Under the pieces are notes generated by a model. The model did no database searches and was not told the DNA's origin. It saw nothing but the letters and a program-made list of their open reading frames with translations. 64,000 nucleotides of DNA, from contig CBDCOZ010000003.1 of the NCBI GenBank assembly GCA_965220085.1, forward strand, positions 96,001 through 160,000. Reading direction: 5' to 3'. Origin of the DNA: Candidatus Oxydemutatoraceae bacterium. GTDB taxonomy: Bacteria > Pseudomonadota > Gammaproteobacteria > Poriferisulfidales > Oxydemutatoraceae. Shown piece after piece: positions 20,363 to 31,237 of this stretch (within the stretch, counting starts at the first letter, position 1; each line of letters starts with the position of its first letter). Made by a program: the position numbers and the translations under genes.

Positions 20363-21013
20363 CATCCCGACTTCTTTGAGCGCCACCCCGAAGTGATAGA
20401 GCGCCTGAACTTGTCGCCGCAGGATGTTGTCGGCAATGTGGCGATACTCGCGGAGAAGCAAACCCGGCAGTTGCAAAATCGCCACCACAAACTCGAGACG
20501 AGTTTTAAGACGGTGGTCAAAAATGCCACCGAGAATGAGCGGCGGAGTATCTGCCTGCACCGTCTGGCGGTGCGCCTGACGATGCGCGAATACAGCGGCC
20601 GGGCGCATGTGGCGGAGAGTGCGCTGGGTGTGTTGCGCGAAGAGTTGCCGATGAATATCATCAACATTATCGGCTGCGCCGACAGCCGGGATGGCAATAG
20701 CGGGGCGGACGACCCGCGGCTACGGAGCTTGGTGACATCGCTGTTTGCCGCCAACAAACCCGATTGCGGCCCGTTTGACGCGGCGGCCAAAGCGGCCATG
20801 TTCGGCAATCTCGCAAAGCGCATCGCATCCGCTGTCGTCATGCCGCTGTCGTGCCCCGGCGGCAGCGATGGCGGTCACATCGAACGCTTGGGCGTGCTGG
20901 TTTTTGGCAACACCTCGGCGGAAAGCTTCAAGGCCGGGATGGGAACGATGTTTCTGGTGCAGTGCGCGGAATTGATTGCCGCGACGCTTGCGCGGTGTGA
21001 CGACCGGGCATGA
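20306..21013 (+). CDS. DUF484 (YigA-like) protein
   Basis: IAEYLAAHPDFFERHPE and F..GMGT.FL motifs; lies between dapF and xerC. Confidence 0.85.
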   Translation: MSKKKQQADEARIAEYLAAHPDFFERHPEVIERLNLSPQDVVGNVAILAEKQTRQLQNRHHKLETSFKTVVKNATENERRSICLHRLAVRLTMREYSGRAHVAESALGVLREELPMNIINIIGCADSRDGNSGADDPRLRSLVTSLFAANKPDCGPFDAAAKAAMFGNLAKRIASAVVMPLSCPGGSDGGHIERLGVLVFGNTSAESFKAGMGTMFLVQCAELIAATLARCDDRA

Positions 21014-21924
21014 ACGCCGCAAGCGAAGGCGAAGAGATCTGCCGCCGCTTTCTTGACACGTTACAGGGCGCGCGCAACTATTCCGCGCATACGATCGATG
21101 CCTATCGCCGGGACATCGGACGCTTTCTGAAGTTTCTTGAGAGCGCGGGCGTCGCCTTTCGCCACATCGGCGAGTCGGCGGTGCGCGAGTATGTTTCCAA
21201 CCGCTATCTGGCGGGCATCAAGGCGCGCAGCTTGCAGCGCGAGCTGTCGGCGATCAGACAATTCTTTGATTACTGCAAGCAAAAGGGAATCGTCAAAGAC
21301 AATGTCGTGGCGGATGTCAAAGCCCCGCGCGGGGAGAAGCATTTGCCCGCGACATTGACGGTCGATCAGGTGGCGCACTTGCTCGATGCGCCGGACTCCG
21401 ACGACCCCCTGGTCATTCGCGATCACGCGATGACGGAATTGATTTACTCAGCGGGCTTGCGCCTGTCGGAGTTGGTCGCCGCCGATCTCATCGACATGGA
21501 TTTGGCGCAGGGTTCTATGCGGGTGATCGGCAAAGGCTCCAAGGAGCGCGAGACCCTGATCGGTCGGCGCGCGAAAGAATCTTTGCAAAGATGGTTTCCC
21601 GAACGCGCTAAGCTCGCCGCGGCGGATGAGGCCGCGGTGTTCGTCGGCCGCCACGGCGCCCGCATGAGCGCGCGCAATGTTCAGATGCGCCTGCGACAGT
21701 TCGCCCGCCGTCGCGGGCTGCCGCAACACCTGCACCCGCACATGTTGCGCCATTCGTTTGCCAGCCACCTGCTACAGTCGTCGGGCGACTTGCGGGCGGT
21801 GCAGGAATTGCTCGGCCACGCCGACATCAGCACGACCCAGATTTACACCCATCTGGATTTTCAACACCTCGCTAAGGTTTACGACAAGGCACACCCGCGC
21901 GCGCACAAGAAACCGAAATCCTGA
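21010..21924 (+). CDS. xerC: Tyrosine recombinase XerC
   Basis: GLRLSEL, GKGSKER, HPHMLRHSFASHLL, LGHADISTTQIYTH...YDKAHPRA; canonical dapF-yigA-xerC operon. Confidence 0.95.
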   Translation: MNAASEGEEICRRFLDTLQGARNYSAHTIDAYRRDIGRFLKFLESAGVAFRHIGESAVREYVSNRYLAGIKARSLQRELSAIRQFFDYCKQKGIVKDNVVADVKAPRGEKHLPATLTVDQVAHLLDAPDSDDPLVIRDHAMTELIYSAGLRLSELVAADLIDMDLAQGSMRVIGKGSKERETLIGRRAKESLQRWFPERAKLAAADEAAVFVGRHGARMSARNVQMRLRQFARRRGLPQHLHPHMLRHSFASHLLQSSGDLRAVQELLGHADISTTQIYTHLDFQHLAKVYDKAHPRAHKKPKS

Positions 21925-22074
21925 CACAGTGCTTGCGGGGGAGGTGATTTGTGTCAACGCGGAATCTTATGATGCAGGGCTACAATAGAGGTTGGTCTTT
22001 TTAACATTTTCCGACATAGGGAGGCGCGAGAGATTTAATACGGCGTAATACAGAAAATCCTTTATAATGACGCC

Positions 22075-22434
22075 ATGCATCCTGTTTCCCCCATTGCTAC
22101 TCTTCCGTCGTTGTCCCTCACGGGGCGGAGGCTGTTGCGTTTGTTGAAAGGCGACTTGAACTTTCACGGCACAAACGGGAAGTTTTCCTCGCATGGCTGG
22201 CATTCGTTTCCGGCGAAGTTTCCTCCGCAATTGCCTGGGATTTTCATTGAGGAATTGACCCGTCCCGGCGACCTTGTTTTAGATCCGATGATGGGTTCTG
22301 GCACGACTCTGGTGGAAGCGGTTCGTCAAGGCCGGCAGGCAGCGGGATGTGATATTGACCCTCTTGCTATTCTCATCGCCGGAGCGAAACTGTCGCCCGT
22401 CCCCGTCGCCAAAGCGGTGGGAAAGGGGGCGTGA
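22075..22434 (+). pseudogene. Truncated N4/N6 DNA methyltransferase
   Basis: H.FPAKFPPQL and VLDPMMGSGTT SAM-binding motif; only 119 aa, and no catalytic motif was seen. Confidence 0.75.
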
Positions 22435-23478
22435 ATGGCCCGCCTTGACATCAGCGAAGCGCAAATTGAAGGCGCGTTTGTCGGGAACCTGGACCTGCTG
22501 GCAAAACGCCTGAAAACCGCCCATCCGCTCAAACTCATCGCCCGCCAATTCCCCATGAAAGGCGGCGACCAGCGGCTGGACATGCTCTTGACTTGCGGAA
22601 AGCGCCTCGCCCTCGTTGAACTGAAAGTCGGGGTTTTCTCGGACAAGCATTTGTAGCAAACGCTGCAATATCGGGAATCCCTGCGAGAAATGCAGGCGGC
22701 GGAGGAATTGCCGATGGGCGTCATCGACGCCTATCTGCTGGTCACGGCGGCGGGTTCCCCGCAAATCAATTCGGCGGCAAGGCAGGGCGTGCAGGTCGTT
22801 GCATACGACCCGCTGGAAGTGATGAGCGAGTACTTTCAGCGGATGACCTCGCTTTCGCGGTTCCTGCAAATCAAGCCCAAGGATTACGGGGCTTACAGTC
22901 TCACGCGCATTGCCAACATTGCGCGCACAATGGTGGACGGCAACACCTCCATGTCCGACATCGCCGCCGCAATTTCCCTCGACAAAGTCACCGTTTATCA
23001 CATTCTGTCCGGAGCGGCGGACTTTGGCATCGTCCGCCAAAAGGGGGAGCATTGGTTCCTCACCGACTTTGGCGACGCCTTTGTTTCCGAGCAGGAAAGC
23101 CCGGGGATTCTTTCGCACAAGCAAACCGAAATGGTTCGGGAGTTTGTCTCCAAGCATCCGTTTCATTCGCCGACCGCGTTTGGCGTTTCCGCCGTTGTGG
23201 AGTGCGCGTTTTTGCTGGCGCGCAATTCCTATCCGGTGGATGTTGACGACCTGAACAAAAATTTTCGGATGGTCGGGGGCAAGATGAATGAATGGCAGGA
23301 CAATGTCCTCGGGCGGCGAACCCGCGCGTTTGTGCGCTTTGCCTTGGAGTTGGACCTGCTGGGGCGAATTGGGAAAAAGGTGGTGATTACGCCCGCCGGA
23401 TTCCGATTCGTCCTGATGATGCAGTTGCACAAGGGAATAGAAATGATTGAAGGCCTGTCCTTTCAGGAGGACGCGTAA
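22435..23478 (+). pseudogene. PD-(D/E)xK (NucS-like) nuclease domain protein interrupted by an in-frame TAG at 22654-22656
   Basis: 'RLDMLL...LALVELK' catalytic-type motif. ORFs 22435-22656 and 22690-23478 share a frame and only one stop separates them. Confidence 0.6.
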
Positions 23479-23493
23479 AACAGGAGGCGACAA

Positions 23494-24303
23494 ATGTCGA
23501 GCACATGGAAAACGGAAAGCGCCGCTTTGGGCGGCGGGGTTTGGATTCTCTCGCGCATGGGGCAAGAGTTCCCCGCCGAGCGCGTCATTGCGGGCGTTGC
23601 GGCGGAATTGGAAATGGTCCAGCGGCAAGGCGCGGACGCTTGGGGGAAATTCGGCGACGGCGTTATTGAAATGCCGCGTCCGGATTCCGCGTTGTCGGTT
23701 GTCTCCCGGACCCGCAGTCCGGCGCTGTTCCGGCGCGTGATTCGGTTTTGCCGAATGGAAAAGCGCAGGGTGTTTTTGCAAGCGGTCGCCGCCGAGGCCC
23801 GGAGCGTTGCGATTCCGGCGGAAAACCGGGGGAGGTTGTTGCGGGCGGCGAAGCGGTTGGAGTTGGCGGATGATGAATCCGGCAAGCGCGATTTGCGCGA
23901 ATGCCTGACGGCGATATTTTCGGCGAAAGCGGGGGAGATTGCCGATTTGGTTTTTCGGGGCGACGACGAAGCCAACGCCGCCATCGGAGATGATGTCGCC
24001 GATTTGTTTGGGGTTCTGTCCCCCGCCGCGGGTTGCGCCGTGAATTTCTGCAACCTGATTTGGTGGAAACAGGAATACGGCGTGTCGACAATTGTTCCCG
24101 ATTCTCTGCGACGGGAAATACGCGACGCGCGGAAAATGGGGGAGGATTTGTATCTGGTGCGCGCGCCGTTCGCAAAACGCCCGGACGGAGGGGTTAAATC
24201 TGATTCGCAACCGCAAGGGCAAAACGCCGCACATTGTTATTGTGACCGGCGAACCAATGCCGGCCCGGTTGGCTTCGCTGGCACTGGGGACGGGCGACAT
24301 TGA
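23494..24303 (+). CDS. Hypothetical protein (3' end overlaps a restriction enzyme fragment)
   Basis: RBS AGGAGG before ATG; 269 aa; no motif recognised. Confidence 0.45.
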   Translation: MSSTWKTESAALGGGVWILSRMGQEFPAERVIAGVAAELEMVQRQGADAWGKFGDGVIEMPRPDSALSVVSRTRSPALFRRVIRFCRMEKRRVFLQAVAAEARSVAIPAENRGRLLRAAKRLELADDESGKRDLRECLTAIFSAKAGEIADLVFRGDDEANAAIGDDVADLFGVLSPAAGCAVNFCNLIWWKQEYGVSTIVPDSLRREIRDARKMGEDLYLVRAPFAKRPDGGVKSDSQPQGQNAAHCYCDRRTNAGPVGFAGTGDGRH

Positions 24304-24442
24304 CTGCGTTTACCACTTTGCATTGCGCGAGTTGCGGGCGGCGGCAAAGCAAGAACCGGATGGTAGCGACATGCTAGATATTTTGGTGTCTGGGCGGCGG
24401 TTGCGCGACATTAGCGATTTGCCGTTTGACTTGGCAATCTGA
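24190..24442 (+). pseudogene. C-terminal fragment of an NgoMIV-family type II restriction endonuclease
   Basis: LNLIRNRKG..PHIV.VT.EP.P.RLASLALGTGDIDCVYHFAL...RLRDISDLPFDLAI matches the NgoMIV-family C-terminus as I recall it. Confidence 0.75.
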
Positions 24443-24444
24443 CT

Positions 24445-25453
24445 CTACCCGCCTTTAGGCTGGCTTTTGCCCGAAATGCAGTGCTCCGCTATTTTTTCCA
24501 TAATGCTGTCTAGTTCTCGGTCAACGCCATCTATGGCTGCCATCCGAATGCCTTCTGAAAAATGCTCCATATGTAACGGAACTGCTCTTTCCATAACATA
24601 ATCAATCTTTCCGCAGTTAACAAGGGCAGTCTCCTTTCCTGTTAGCAGGACGACAAAAAAGATGAAGTCGGGAAAATCTACGAATCCAGTATATTCAAGG
24701 ACAATCGGCAAGTCTGGGCGAGCAATGTGCGCCCTCCGAAGATGCATGTCCGCGCCATCCCGGCGGAAAAAAAGTCACGGGGACATATGACATTTCCACC
24801 TTGGTTTCAGGGGGATACCGATTGAAGTTCTCCTCTTGCTTGTTCAAGAGTTGTTTCATCGTGCGGACTTTGGTGTCATTCTTGTGCCACATGTTGATAT
24901 ACATATAGTCTTGGGATGCTATGGATACCTCTAATAAATCAAGAGGGGTGCCTCGCTGATACAGGTATGCCAAAGGAGCGCTGGACATGTCGCCAAGCCT
25001 GTCCCTGTTGTCAACCACCCATCCAAACGGGGCGGTTAAGAGAACACCATGCGAATCCACATAAGGGAATCCCCATTTGGATTGAAACATCCACAGATTA
25101 ATGGGATCCGTGGTAAGGATGTCCAACTCAATGCCCTGCCTCTCGCTCTGGGCCCTCTTCAAGGCACCGGAAGTGTAGCCCACATTCGTTACGAGAATGC
25201 CCCTGTCGGCGCGGACATCGCGCACCAGCCCGGCGAATGATTCCACAACCCCGACATTCACTTTGCGGTTGAAGTATTTTCCGTCCACAACGATGTTGAC
25301 CGTTCGTCCGGCCGCCCGATCCCGAATGAGCACATCAATTTGTCGCCTTGCGCCGGACTTCCCTTCCAATTTTTGGTTCCGGAGAACCTGCGCTTCGGGA
25401 AATAACATGCGAAATTCGGCATGAATTTCTCGCTCGTATTCCTTCCAGTTCAT
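24445..25453 (-). CDS. Mrr-like restriction endonuclease domain protein, probably frameshifted near 24750
   Basis: WKEYE...GKSGARRQIDVLI...VDGK.....V....V..F...V.DV.A..GILVT..GYT.GA. A second ORF, 24445-24747, overlaps it. Lower GC than the flanks. Confidence 0.7.
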
Positions 25454-25893
25454 TGTGTTTATTCACCTCACGACTCCCGCCATACGGACAGGATGGATAT
25501 TGACTACATTTTTCTTTTCCGCTATTTTTGAAAAGAGTCTTCCTTTGATTCAAAGCAACAAACAGGATGAGCAAGATAATTTTCGCCCGCCTCACCTGCT
25601 GAAATTATGCCATACTCTCTCCTAAAAAAATTGCACTCGGCGGCAAAAAGCAGGTGCAGTTCCGCTCTTCTGCCGTAAACTTCCGTGTCCGCAGATGATT
25701 GCCCCGCGCGAATTGCGGGAAGAAATTTAAAAGTGGCTCGTTCCGGTCGCTGGTGCGGAAGCGTTTGCCTTCGGCGGTTTCGCGCTCAATTACAACGCTA
25801 ACCGGCTCGTCGCTACCATCGCCCGACGGGGCATTCGTCAAGCGAGGCGGCATGCTGTTAGAATAACACATCCGCCATGCGGATACGGAGATT

Positions 25894-26268
25894 ATGGAAA
25901 CGCGCATCAAACCGACCGAAATACATTTGCACCAGGCTTCAAGGGCGCTTGAAATCGCTTTTGAAGACGGTAAAAACTTCAAGATGAGTTGTGAGTACCT
26001 GCGCGTGTATTCGCCGTCCGCCGAGGTAGCGGGGCACGGCCCGGGGCAGGAAGTGTTGCAGGTCGGCAAGGAGGATGTCAATATTTCCGCGATTGAACCG
26101 GTCGGTAATTATGCGGTCAAACTCGTGTTTGACGACGGCCATAGCAGCGGTATATACGCATGGAATTATCTCTACTCGCTCGGTGCAAACTATGAGGAAA
26201 ACTGGCAACGCTATTTGCAGCGCCTGAAAGAAAGCGGCCATGAGCGCCGCACCGATCGTCTCAACTGA
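25894..26268 (+). CDS. DUF971 / gamma-butyrobetaine hydroxylase-like N-terminal domain protein
   Basis: EYLRVYSPSAEV.GHG and PVGNYAV...FDDGH.SGIY.W.YL; commonly upstream of ubiE. Confidence 0.9.
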   Translation: METRIKPTEIHLHQASRALEIAFEDGKNFKMSCEYLRVYSPSAEVAGHGPGQEVLQVGKEDVNISAIEPVGNYAVKLVFDDGHSSGIYAWNYLYSLGANYEENWQRYLQRLKESGHERRTDRLN

Positions 26269-26270
26269 GA

Positions 26271-27179
26271 ATGAGCGCGCTGTGGGTTCCCATCTCACTG
26301 CTGGCGGCGTGCATGCAGGTCGCGCGAACCGGCTTGCAGAAGTCACTGAAAGCGGACTTGGACGACTGGTCTGTAACATGGGTGCGAAGCGGATTCGCGC
26401 TGCCTTTGGCGGGGTTGTATGCTTTGGCAGCGGAGGTTTCGGGCTTTGGTGTCTCGCCGCCCGCTGCCGGGTTCTGGATGTGGTGCGCGTTGTCGGCGTT
26501 GGCGCAAGTGATTGCAACGGCGGTGCTGGTAGCGCTTTTTTCGCGCAGGAACTTCGCGGTTAGTACGGCGTTTTCAAAGACAGAGGCCCCTCAGATTGCG
26601 TTGTTTGGATTTTTGCTTTTTGGCGAAAGTGTTTCCGGTTTGGGCGCATTGGCAATCGTTTTGGGATTTTGCGGCGTGTTACTGATGATGGTCGGCGGCG
26701 GTTTGGCGCGGGGATATCTGCGGGACATGGACGGGCGGGAATGCCTAACCGCATGCGCGCAGGGTCTGGCAGCGGGATTCTTTTTTGCCTTGACAGCGCT
26801 TTTCATTCTGTGCGCATATGACACGCTGGACGGCAATGCATTCGGCGCGTCGGCTGTGACCTTGCTGGCGGTGATCGCGATGCAGACAGTCGGCTTGGGC
26901 GCGGTACTTTTGTTTTTCCGCCGCGGCGCTTTCGGGCGGATATGGGCGGTACGAAGGCGGTGCTTTGCGGTGGGATTGACGAGCGTGTTGGGTTCGGCGT
27001 GTTGGTTTGCCGCTTTCGCCTTGACGCATCCGGCATATGTGAAAACCTTGGCGCAGGTGGAGCTACCGCTGGCGTGGTTAGTCGGGCGGCGGGCGTTTCG
27101 GGAGCATCCGGACAGCTTTGAACTTGCGGGTATGGCGCTGGTAGGGGCGGGCGCGGTCGCGGCGGCTTTTGCCGGATAG
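26271..27179 (+). CDS. EamA/DMT-family membrane transporter
   Basis: About 10 hydrophobic segments; R...QK.L, RNFAV...FSKTE and YVKTLAQVE. Confidence 0.8.
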   Translation: MSALWVPISLLAACMQVARTGLQKSLKADLDDWSVTWVRSGFALPLAGLYALAAEVSGFGVSPPAAGFWMWCALSALAQVIATAVLVALFSRRNFAVSTAFSKTEAPQIALFGFLLFGESVSGLGALAIVLGFCGVLLMMVGGGLARGYLRDMDGRECLTACAQGLAAGFFFALTALFILCAYDTLDGNAFGASAVTLLAVIAMQTVGLGAVLLFFRRGAFGRIWAVRRRCFAVGLTSVLGSACWFAAFALTHPAYVKTLAQVELPLAWLVGRRAFREHPDSFELAGMALVGAGAVAAAFAG

Positions 27180-27215
27180 CGCGAGCGGCTACAATGTCGT
27201 CAAAAGAGGAGAGCA

Positions 27216-27959
27216 ATGGATAAACGCGCGACACACTTCGGCTACAAGACGGTATCTATGGATGAGAAAACGCAGATGGTGAAGAATGTCTTTCAGTCGG
27301 TTACACAGAACTATGATTTGATGAATGACCTGATGTCGTTCGGCACCCACCGCATATGGAAGCGTGCCGCGATAAACCTGTGCGGCTTGCGTGAGGGGAT
27401 GTCACTGCTTGATCTTGCTAGTGGCACCGGAGACATGGTCAAACTCGCCCGCCCGTCACTTGGCGCCAGCGGGCGCATCGTGGCGGCGGACATCAGCGCC
27501 GACATGTTGCGCAAGGGACGCGATGCGATGATGGATGCCGGCATTACGACCGCCGAGCATGTCGAATGCGATGCGGAGGCGTTGCCGTTTGACGACTGCC
27601 GGTTTGGGTGTGTGCTGACCGCTTTTGGCTTGCGCAATGTGGCCGACAAGGAAGCCGCCATTGCGAACGCCTATCGCGTGCTCAAGCCCGGCGGGCGATT
27701 TGTCATCCTGGAGTTCTCAAGCCCGCACAAGTGGCTGGATAAATGGTATCGGATGTATTCTTTCAATGTCATCCCCTTGCTTGGCAAATACATCGCATCC
27801 GATGAGGCCAGTTACCGCTATCTGGCGGAATCCATCCGCATGCATCCCGACCAGCGGACTCTGCGCGCGATGATGACCGACGCCGGCTTTGAACGCTGCG
27901 AGTATTTCAATATGAGCGGCGGCATCGTCGCAATTCACAGGGGCTACCGCTTGCAATGA
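27216..27959 (+). CDS. ubiE: Ubiquinone/menaquinone C-methyltransferase
   Basis: THFGY, YDLMNDLMSFG.HR.WK and SYRYLAESIRMHPDQ. Confidence 0.95.
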   Translation: MDKRATHFGYKTVSMDEKTQMVKNVFQSVTQNYDLMNDLMSFGTHRIWKRAAINLCGLREGMSLLDLASGTGDMVKLARPSLGASGRIVAADISADMLRKGRDAMMDAGITTAEHVECDAEALPFDDCRFGCVLTAFGLRNVADKEAAIANAYRVLKPGGRFVILEFSSPHKWLDKWYRMYSFNVIPLLGKYIASDEASYRYLAESIRMHPDQRTLRAMMTDAGFERCEYFNMSGGIVAIHRGYRLQ

Positions 27960-28546
27960 GTGTGGATGCTGATTTTGCCGCAGTGATAGAGAAAGCGGTC
28001 AACGCCTGTCTCCGCTATGACGCGCGCGCGAGCGACGAGCTGCGCCCTCTGCGCGGCAAAGTCATCGGCTTTGACATCGCCACTTTTGACAAGCGCATTT
28101 TTTTCCTGCCGCGCGCAGACGGGACGCTTGAGGTTGTCGCCGAGTGCGACGGCGAGCCGGATACCTTGATCAAGGCGCGGGCGGCGGATTTTTTCCGTCT
28201 TGCCGTCGGCGATGACAGCGAAGCAAGAGCCGAGATTTCCGGCGACATCAATTTGGGCGACGCCTTTCGGCGCATATTCCGGCACATAGATTTTGACTGG
28301 GAAGAGTTGCTCGCCCCGTGGCTCGGGGATGCGCTTGCAAACGAGATCGGGCGCGGCGCGCGAGATGTTCTCGGCTGGCTGAAGTACTGCGGCGGCGCGT
28401 TGTCCGACAACGCCGGCGAGTACCTGCGCGACGAGACACGACAGGCGGTCGATCGCGATGAGGTCAATGACTTCATTCAAAAAGTCGACAGCCTGCGCGA
28501 TGCGGTCGACCGCTGCGAAGAGAAACTGAACCGGCGCGGGCGCTGA
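27956..28546 (+). CDS. ubiJ: Ubiquinone biosynthesis accessory factor (SCP2 domain)
   Basis: DWEE.L...LGD and EYL.DE motifs; translationally coupled to ubiE. Confidence 0.85.
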   Translation: MSVDADFAAVIEKAVNACLRYDARASDELRPLRGKVIGFDIATFDKRIFFLPRADGTLEVVAECDGEPDTLIKARAADFFRLAVGDDSEARAEISGDINLGDAFRRIFRHIDFDWEELLAPWLGDALANEIGRGARDVLGWLKYCGGALSDNAGEYLRDETRQAVDRDEVNDFIQKVDSLRDAVDRCEEKLNRRGR

Positions 28547-28635
28547 TGCGACCAATCGCACAAACGAACACTCCGCCTTGCGCGAAGCGCGTGCTTGGGG
28601 ATGTATAATGAAGGTTTCATGCGGGATGACTCATA

Positions 28636-29508
28636 ATGTTTCACATCGGCTCACACTTTAGAATGTGTGCGCTTTGCGCGGCGATGATGCTCGCCGCCGC
28701 GGATGCCCTTGCGCAAACCTCCGGTAACGAATGCGCCGCCGGAACGGAGTCGGTCACGGCGCATTCCACAACCGCGTGTCTTCCGTCCGCCGCCGCACAA
28801 GCGTTTCGGGACTGCCGCGACGCGGGATGGACTGTCATGTTGACTGCTACGTCGTCAGTTTGCAGTATGCCGTTTCGCCTTTACGGCGCAACGCAAAACT
28901 CCGGCGTCTCCGGCTCGGACTGCCTGATTCACGGCATAATGTCCACCACCGCCTGCTCCGACATTTTCGGGACCCCGCCCAAGTTTCCCAAAGCATCTGA
29001 CCATACCGATGTTGTCGTCAATGACATCAACACCAAGCGTTTTCAAGCCAACTGCGACCTGTCCGGCAACGCCCCCGGCGGTTATCCGCCCGACCACAAC
29101 TTGAACGGCGAAACCGAATGCGTCTGCGATCGGGCCTCGTACGTCGACCCATGGCCGAACTGCACACCCTTTCCGACCGGCTTAACCTCCGCCGAGCGGG
29201 AGGGGATTCGCGCATGTACGGATCAAGGCTGGACTATTTCCACCGCCACCGCCTACTTCAAATGCGACATCCCGCTGACCTCCGGCGAGGGAAATTCTGA
29301 CGGGTGCGTTTTCGGCGAGGGTACGCCGCAGTGCGCGGATGTATTCGGCGAGCAGATCATCCTGCCGGAAAAGGAGGATTCGGTTCGGTATGTTTTCAGC
29401 TGCGGGGCGGGCATGTCTCCGGCGGGTGCGAATCTGAATGGCGCGACGGAATGCGTTCAAAACCTGCTCTTGCGGCTGCGCCTATTCTTGGAAGGCCCGT
29501 TGCGGTAG
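28636..29508 (+). CDS. Secreted Cys-rich protein with LEGPLR tag (290 aa), no poly-C
   Basis: Signal ...AAADALAQ; paralogue of 12139 and 61820; ends LLLRLRLFLEGPLR. Confidence 0.85.
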   Translation: MFHIGSHFRMCALCAAMMLAAADALAQTSGNECAAGTESVTAHSTTACLPSAAAQAFRDCRDAGWTVMLTATSSVCSMPFRLYGATQNSGVSGSDCLIHGIMSTTACSDIFGTPPKFPKASDHTDVVVNDINTKRFQANCDLSGNAPGGYPPDHNLNGETECVCDRASYVDPWPNCTPFPTGLTSAEREGIRACTDQGWTISTATAYFKCDIPLTSGEGNSDGCVFGEGTPQCADVFGEQIILPEKEDSVRYVFSCGAGMSPAGANLNGATECVQNLLLRLRLFLEGPLR

Positions 29509-29567
29509 CGGGTATCCTGCGGCGGAGAAGGGGAGTGAAGGTGTGCAGGGGTGAGACAGGAGGCGCT

Positions 29568-29660
29568 TGCACACAACCGAATGTGTGGTATAGTGCGACA
29601 TCCTTTTGACGCAAGTGCAGATGAAACTTGCGAATGATTGAATGTGTGGTATAGTGCAAG
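29568..29660 (+). promoter_or_regulatory. Tandem promoter-like units TTGC(G/A)x-N16-TATAGT (also about 32198-32286, 61676-61765, 63283-63372)
   Basis: Two copies of TTGC...GAATGTGTGGTATAGTGC upstream of the AGGAGTAA RBS. Confidence 0.65.
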
Positions 29661-29713
29661 ACTTATATTGAGCAAACGCCTTCGCTGGCCACGAGTTATC
29701 AGGAGTAACAGAT

Positions 29714-31112
29714 ATGAATAAACAGATTTTTAATATACTACTCTTCAGAGGAAGCGACCCAATGTGTCGCGCCATTATAGGTAAAAGCATGAACAAAAAA
29801 GTTATTAATACTACCCCCCCCCCCCCCCCCCCACCCACCCCTGAACAGAAGGCGGCGATGACCCGGCGTAGCCTCTGGTTGCTGGTCATGCTCGCCCTGT
29901 TCGCCGTCTGCGAACAGGCACAGGCGCAGGACACCGCACCGGACTTTGGCAATGCGCAGGTGACTGGTTCGGATCTGATCTGGCTGACCGACCGAGACCT
30001 CAATCTGATCTTGCCCGCGGCTACCGGCGGCAACGGCGCCATCACCTACAGCTTGTCGCCGGTCCTGAACAACGCTTCCGGCCTGACCTTTGATGCGGCT
30101 ACTCGCACCATCAGCGGCCGACCGGCTTTGTCTGTCGGTACCAACGACTACACGCTGACAGCCACCGATGCCGACGGCGATACCGATACGCTGACATTTA
30201 GGGCCGAAGCGCAAGCCGATTCGGCGCCGGCCTTTGCCGATGATGCCACCGTTGCCAACCAGACCTGGATATCGCATCTTGCCATTAATCTGGCGTTGCC
30301 CGCAGCCAGCAGCGCTACCGCGGGTAATATCCTCCTTGATGCCGCACAGACGCAAAACTTGGCTCCGCTCACCTATGCCCTGACCCCGGCTTTGCCTGCG
30401 GGCTTGCGCTTTGATGCCGACACCCGCACCATCAGCGGCGCACCCGCCGCTACCGCAACCGCCATCACCTATGCCTACACGGTCGCCGATGGCGACAGCA
30501 ATACCTCGCCCGACGATGCGGATACCCTGACGTTCGCCATCGCCATCAATGCCACTTCTTGCGCCGATGGCAAGGTGCCGCTGGACGGGGACGACTCGTG
30601 CGTGACTCCGGCGGAGAAATGCGCGATGAGGGGATGGGACAAAACCACCGGAGCGGTTTGCCATTTTGGAAACAGGGGGGGACTACGCGATTTACGATCT
30701 CAGAAACTTCACCGGCAATCTCATCAACACCGATAGCGACGGCTTATGCAACATAACACCCGGCGCGGCAAGCGGCATTTCGGAATGCACAGATGTGTTT
30801 GGCCCGAATTATGAGTTTCCCCAAATTCCGAATCCGGCTGTGCTCACCCGCTATGTTTACAACTGCGACCCGGACGGGACGCGCGGTCTGGTTCCGGCGA
30901 CTTACAACGCCATCGGCGCCATAGGTTGCGCTTGCGCCAATCCCGCCAAGGTTCCGCGCGATGCGATTTTCGGCAATTTAGCCAACGGTCCCCGAGTGAT
31001 GCTTACCGGCCAATGCGCTTGTCCGGAGGGGACGACGGAGAATGCGGCCGGCGCTTGCGTTGCGGCTCTGCGCCTGCGGCTACGCCTTTTTCTTGAAGGC
31101 CCGCTACGGTAG
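29714..31112 (+). CDS. Secreted putative-Ig (He_PIG-like) plus Cys-rich tagged protein, frameshifted at G7 (30675-30681)
   Basis: C19 (29814-29832) is in frame. Two 'LP.A.G...TY.L.P.LP.GL.FDA.TRTISG.P' repeats. Removing one G joins ORF 29714-30736 to ORF 30666-31112, which ends in the tag. Confidence 0.8.
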
Positions 31113-31237
31113 CGAGTGCCCTGCGGCGGAGAAGGGGAGTGTTAGGTGCAAAAAGGGGTGAGACAGGAGGCACTTGCGGATGCAAGACTTATATTGAGTA
31201 AACGCCTTCACTGGTCACAATGTTAGGAGTAATAGAT

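Noticed and set aside
21010-21924. Tyrosine recombinase as an integron integrase for the arrays
   Set aside because: It has XerC size and motifs, sits in the canonical dapF-DUF484-xerC operon, and shows no IntI-specific insertion.
22654-22656. Amber recoding (pyrrolysine or alternative genetic code)
   Set aside because: TAG is used as a normal stop by many genes here, and neighbouring genes are also decayed, so a nonsense mutation is simpler.
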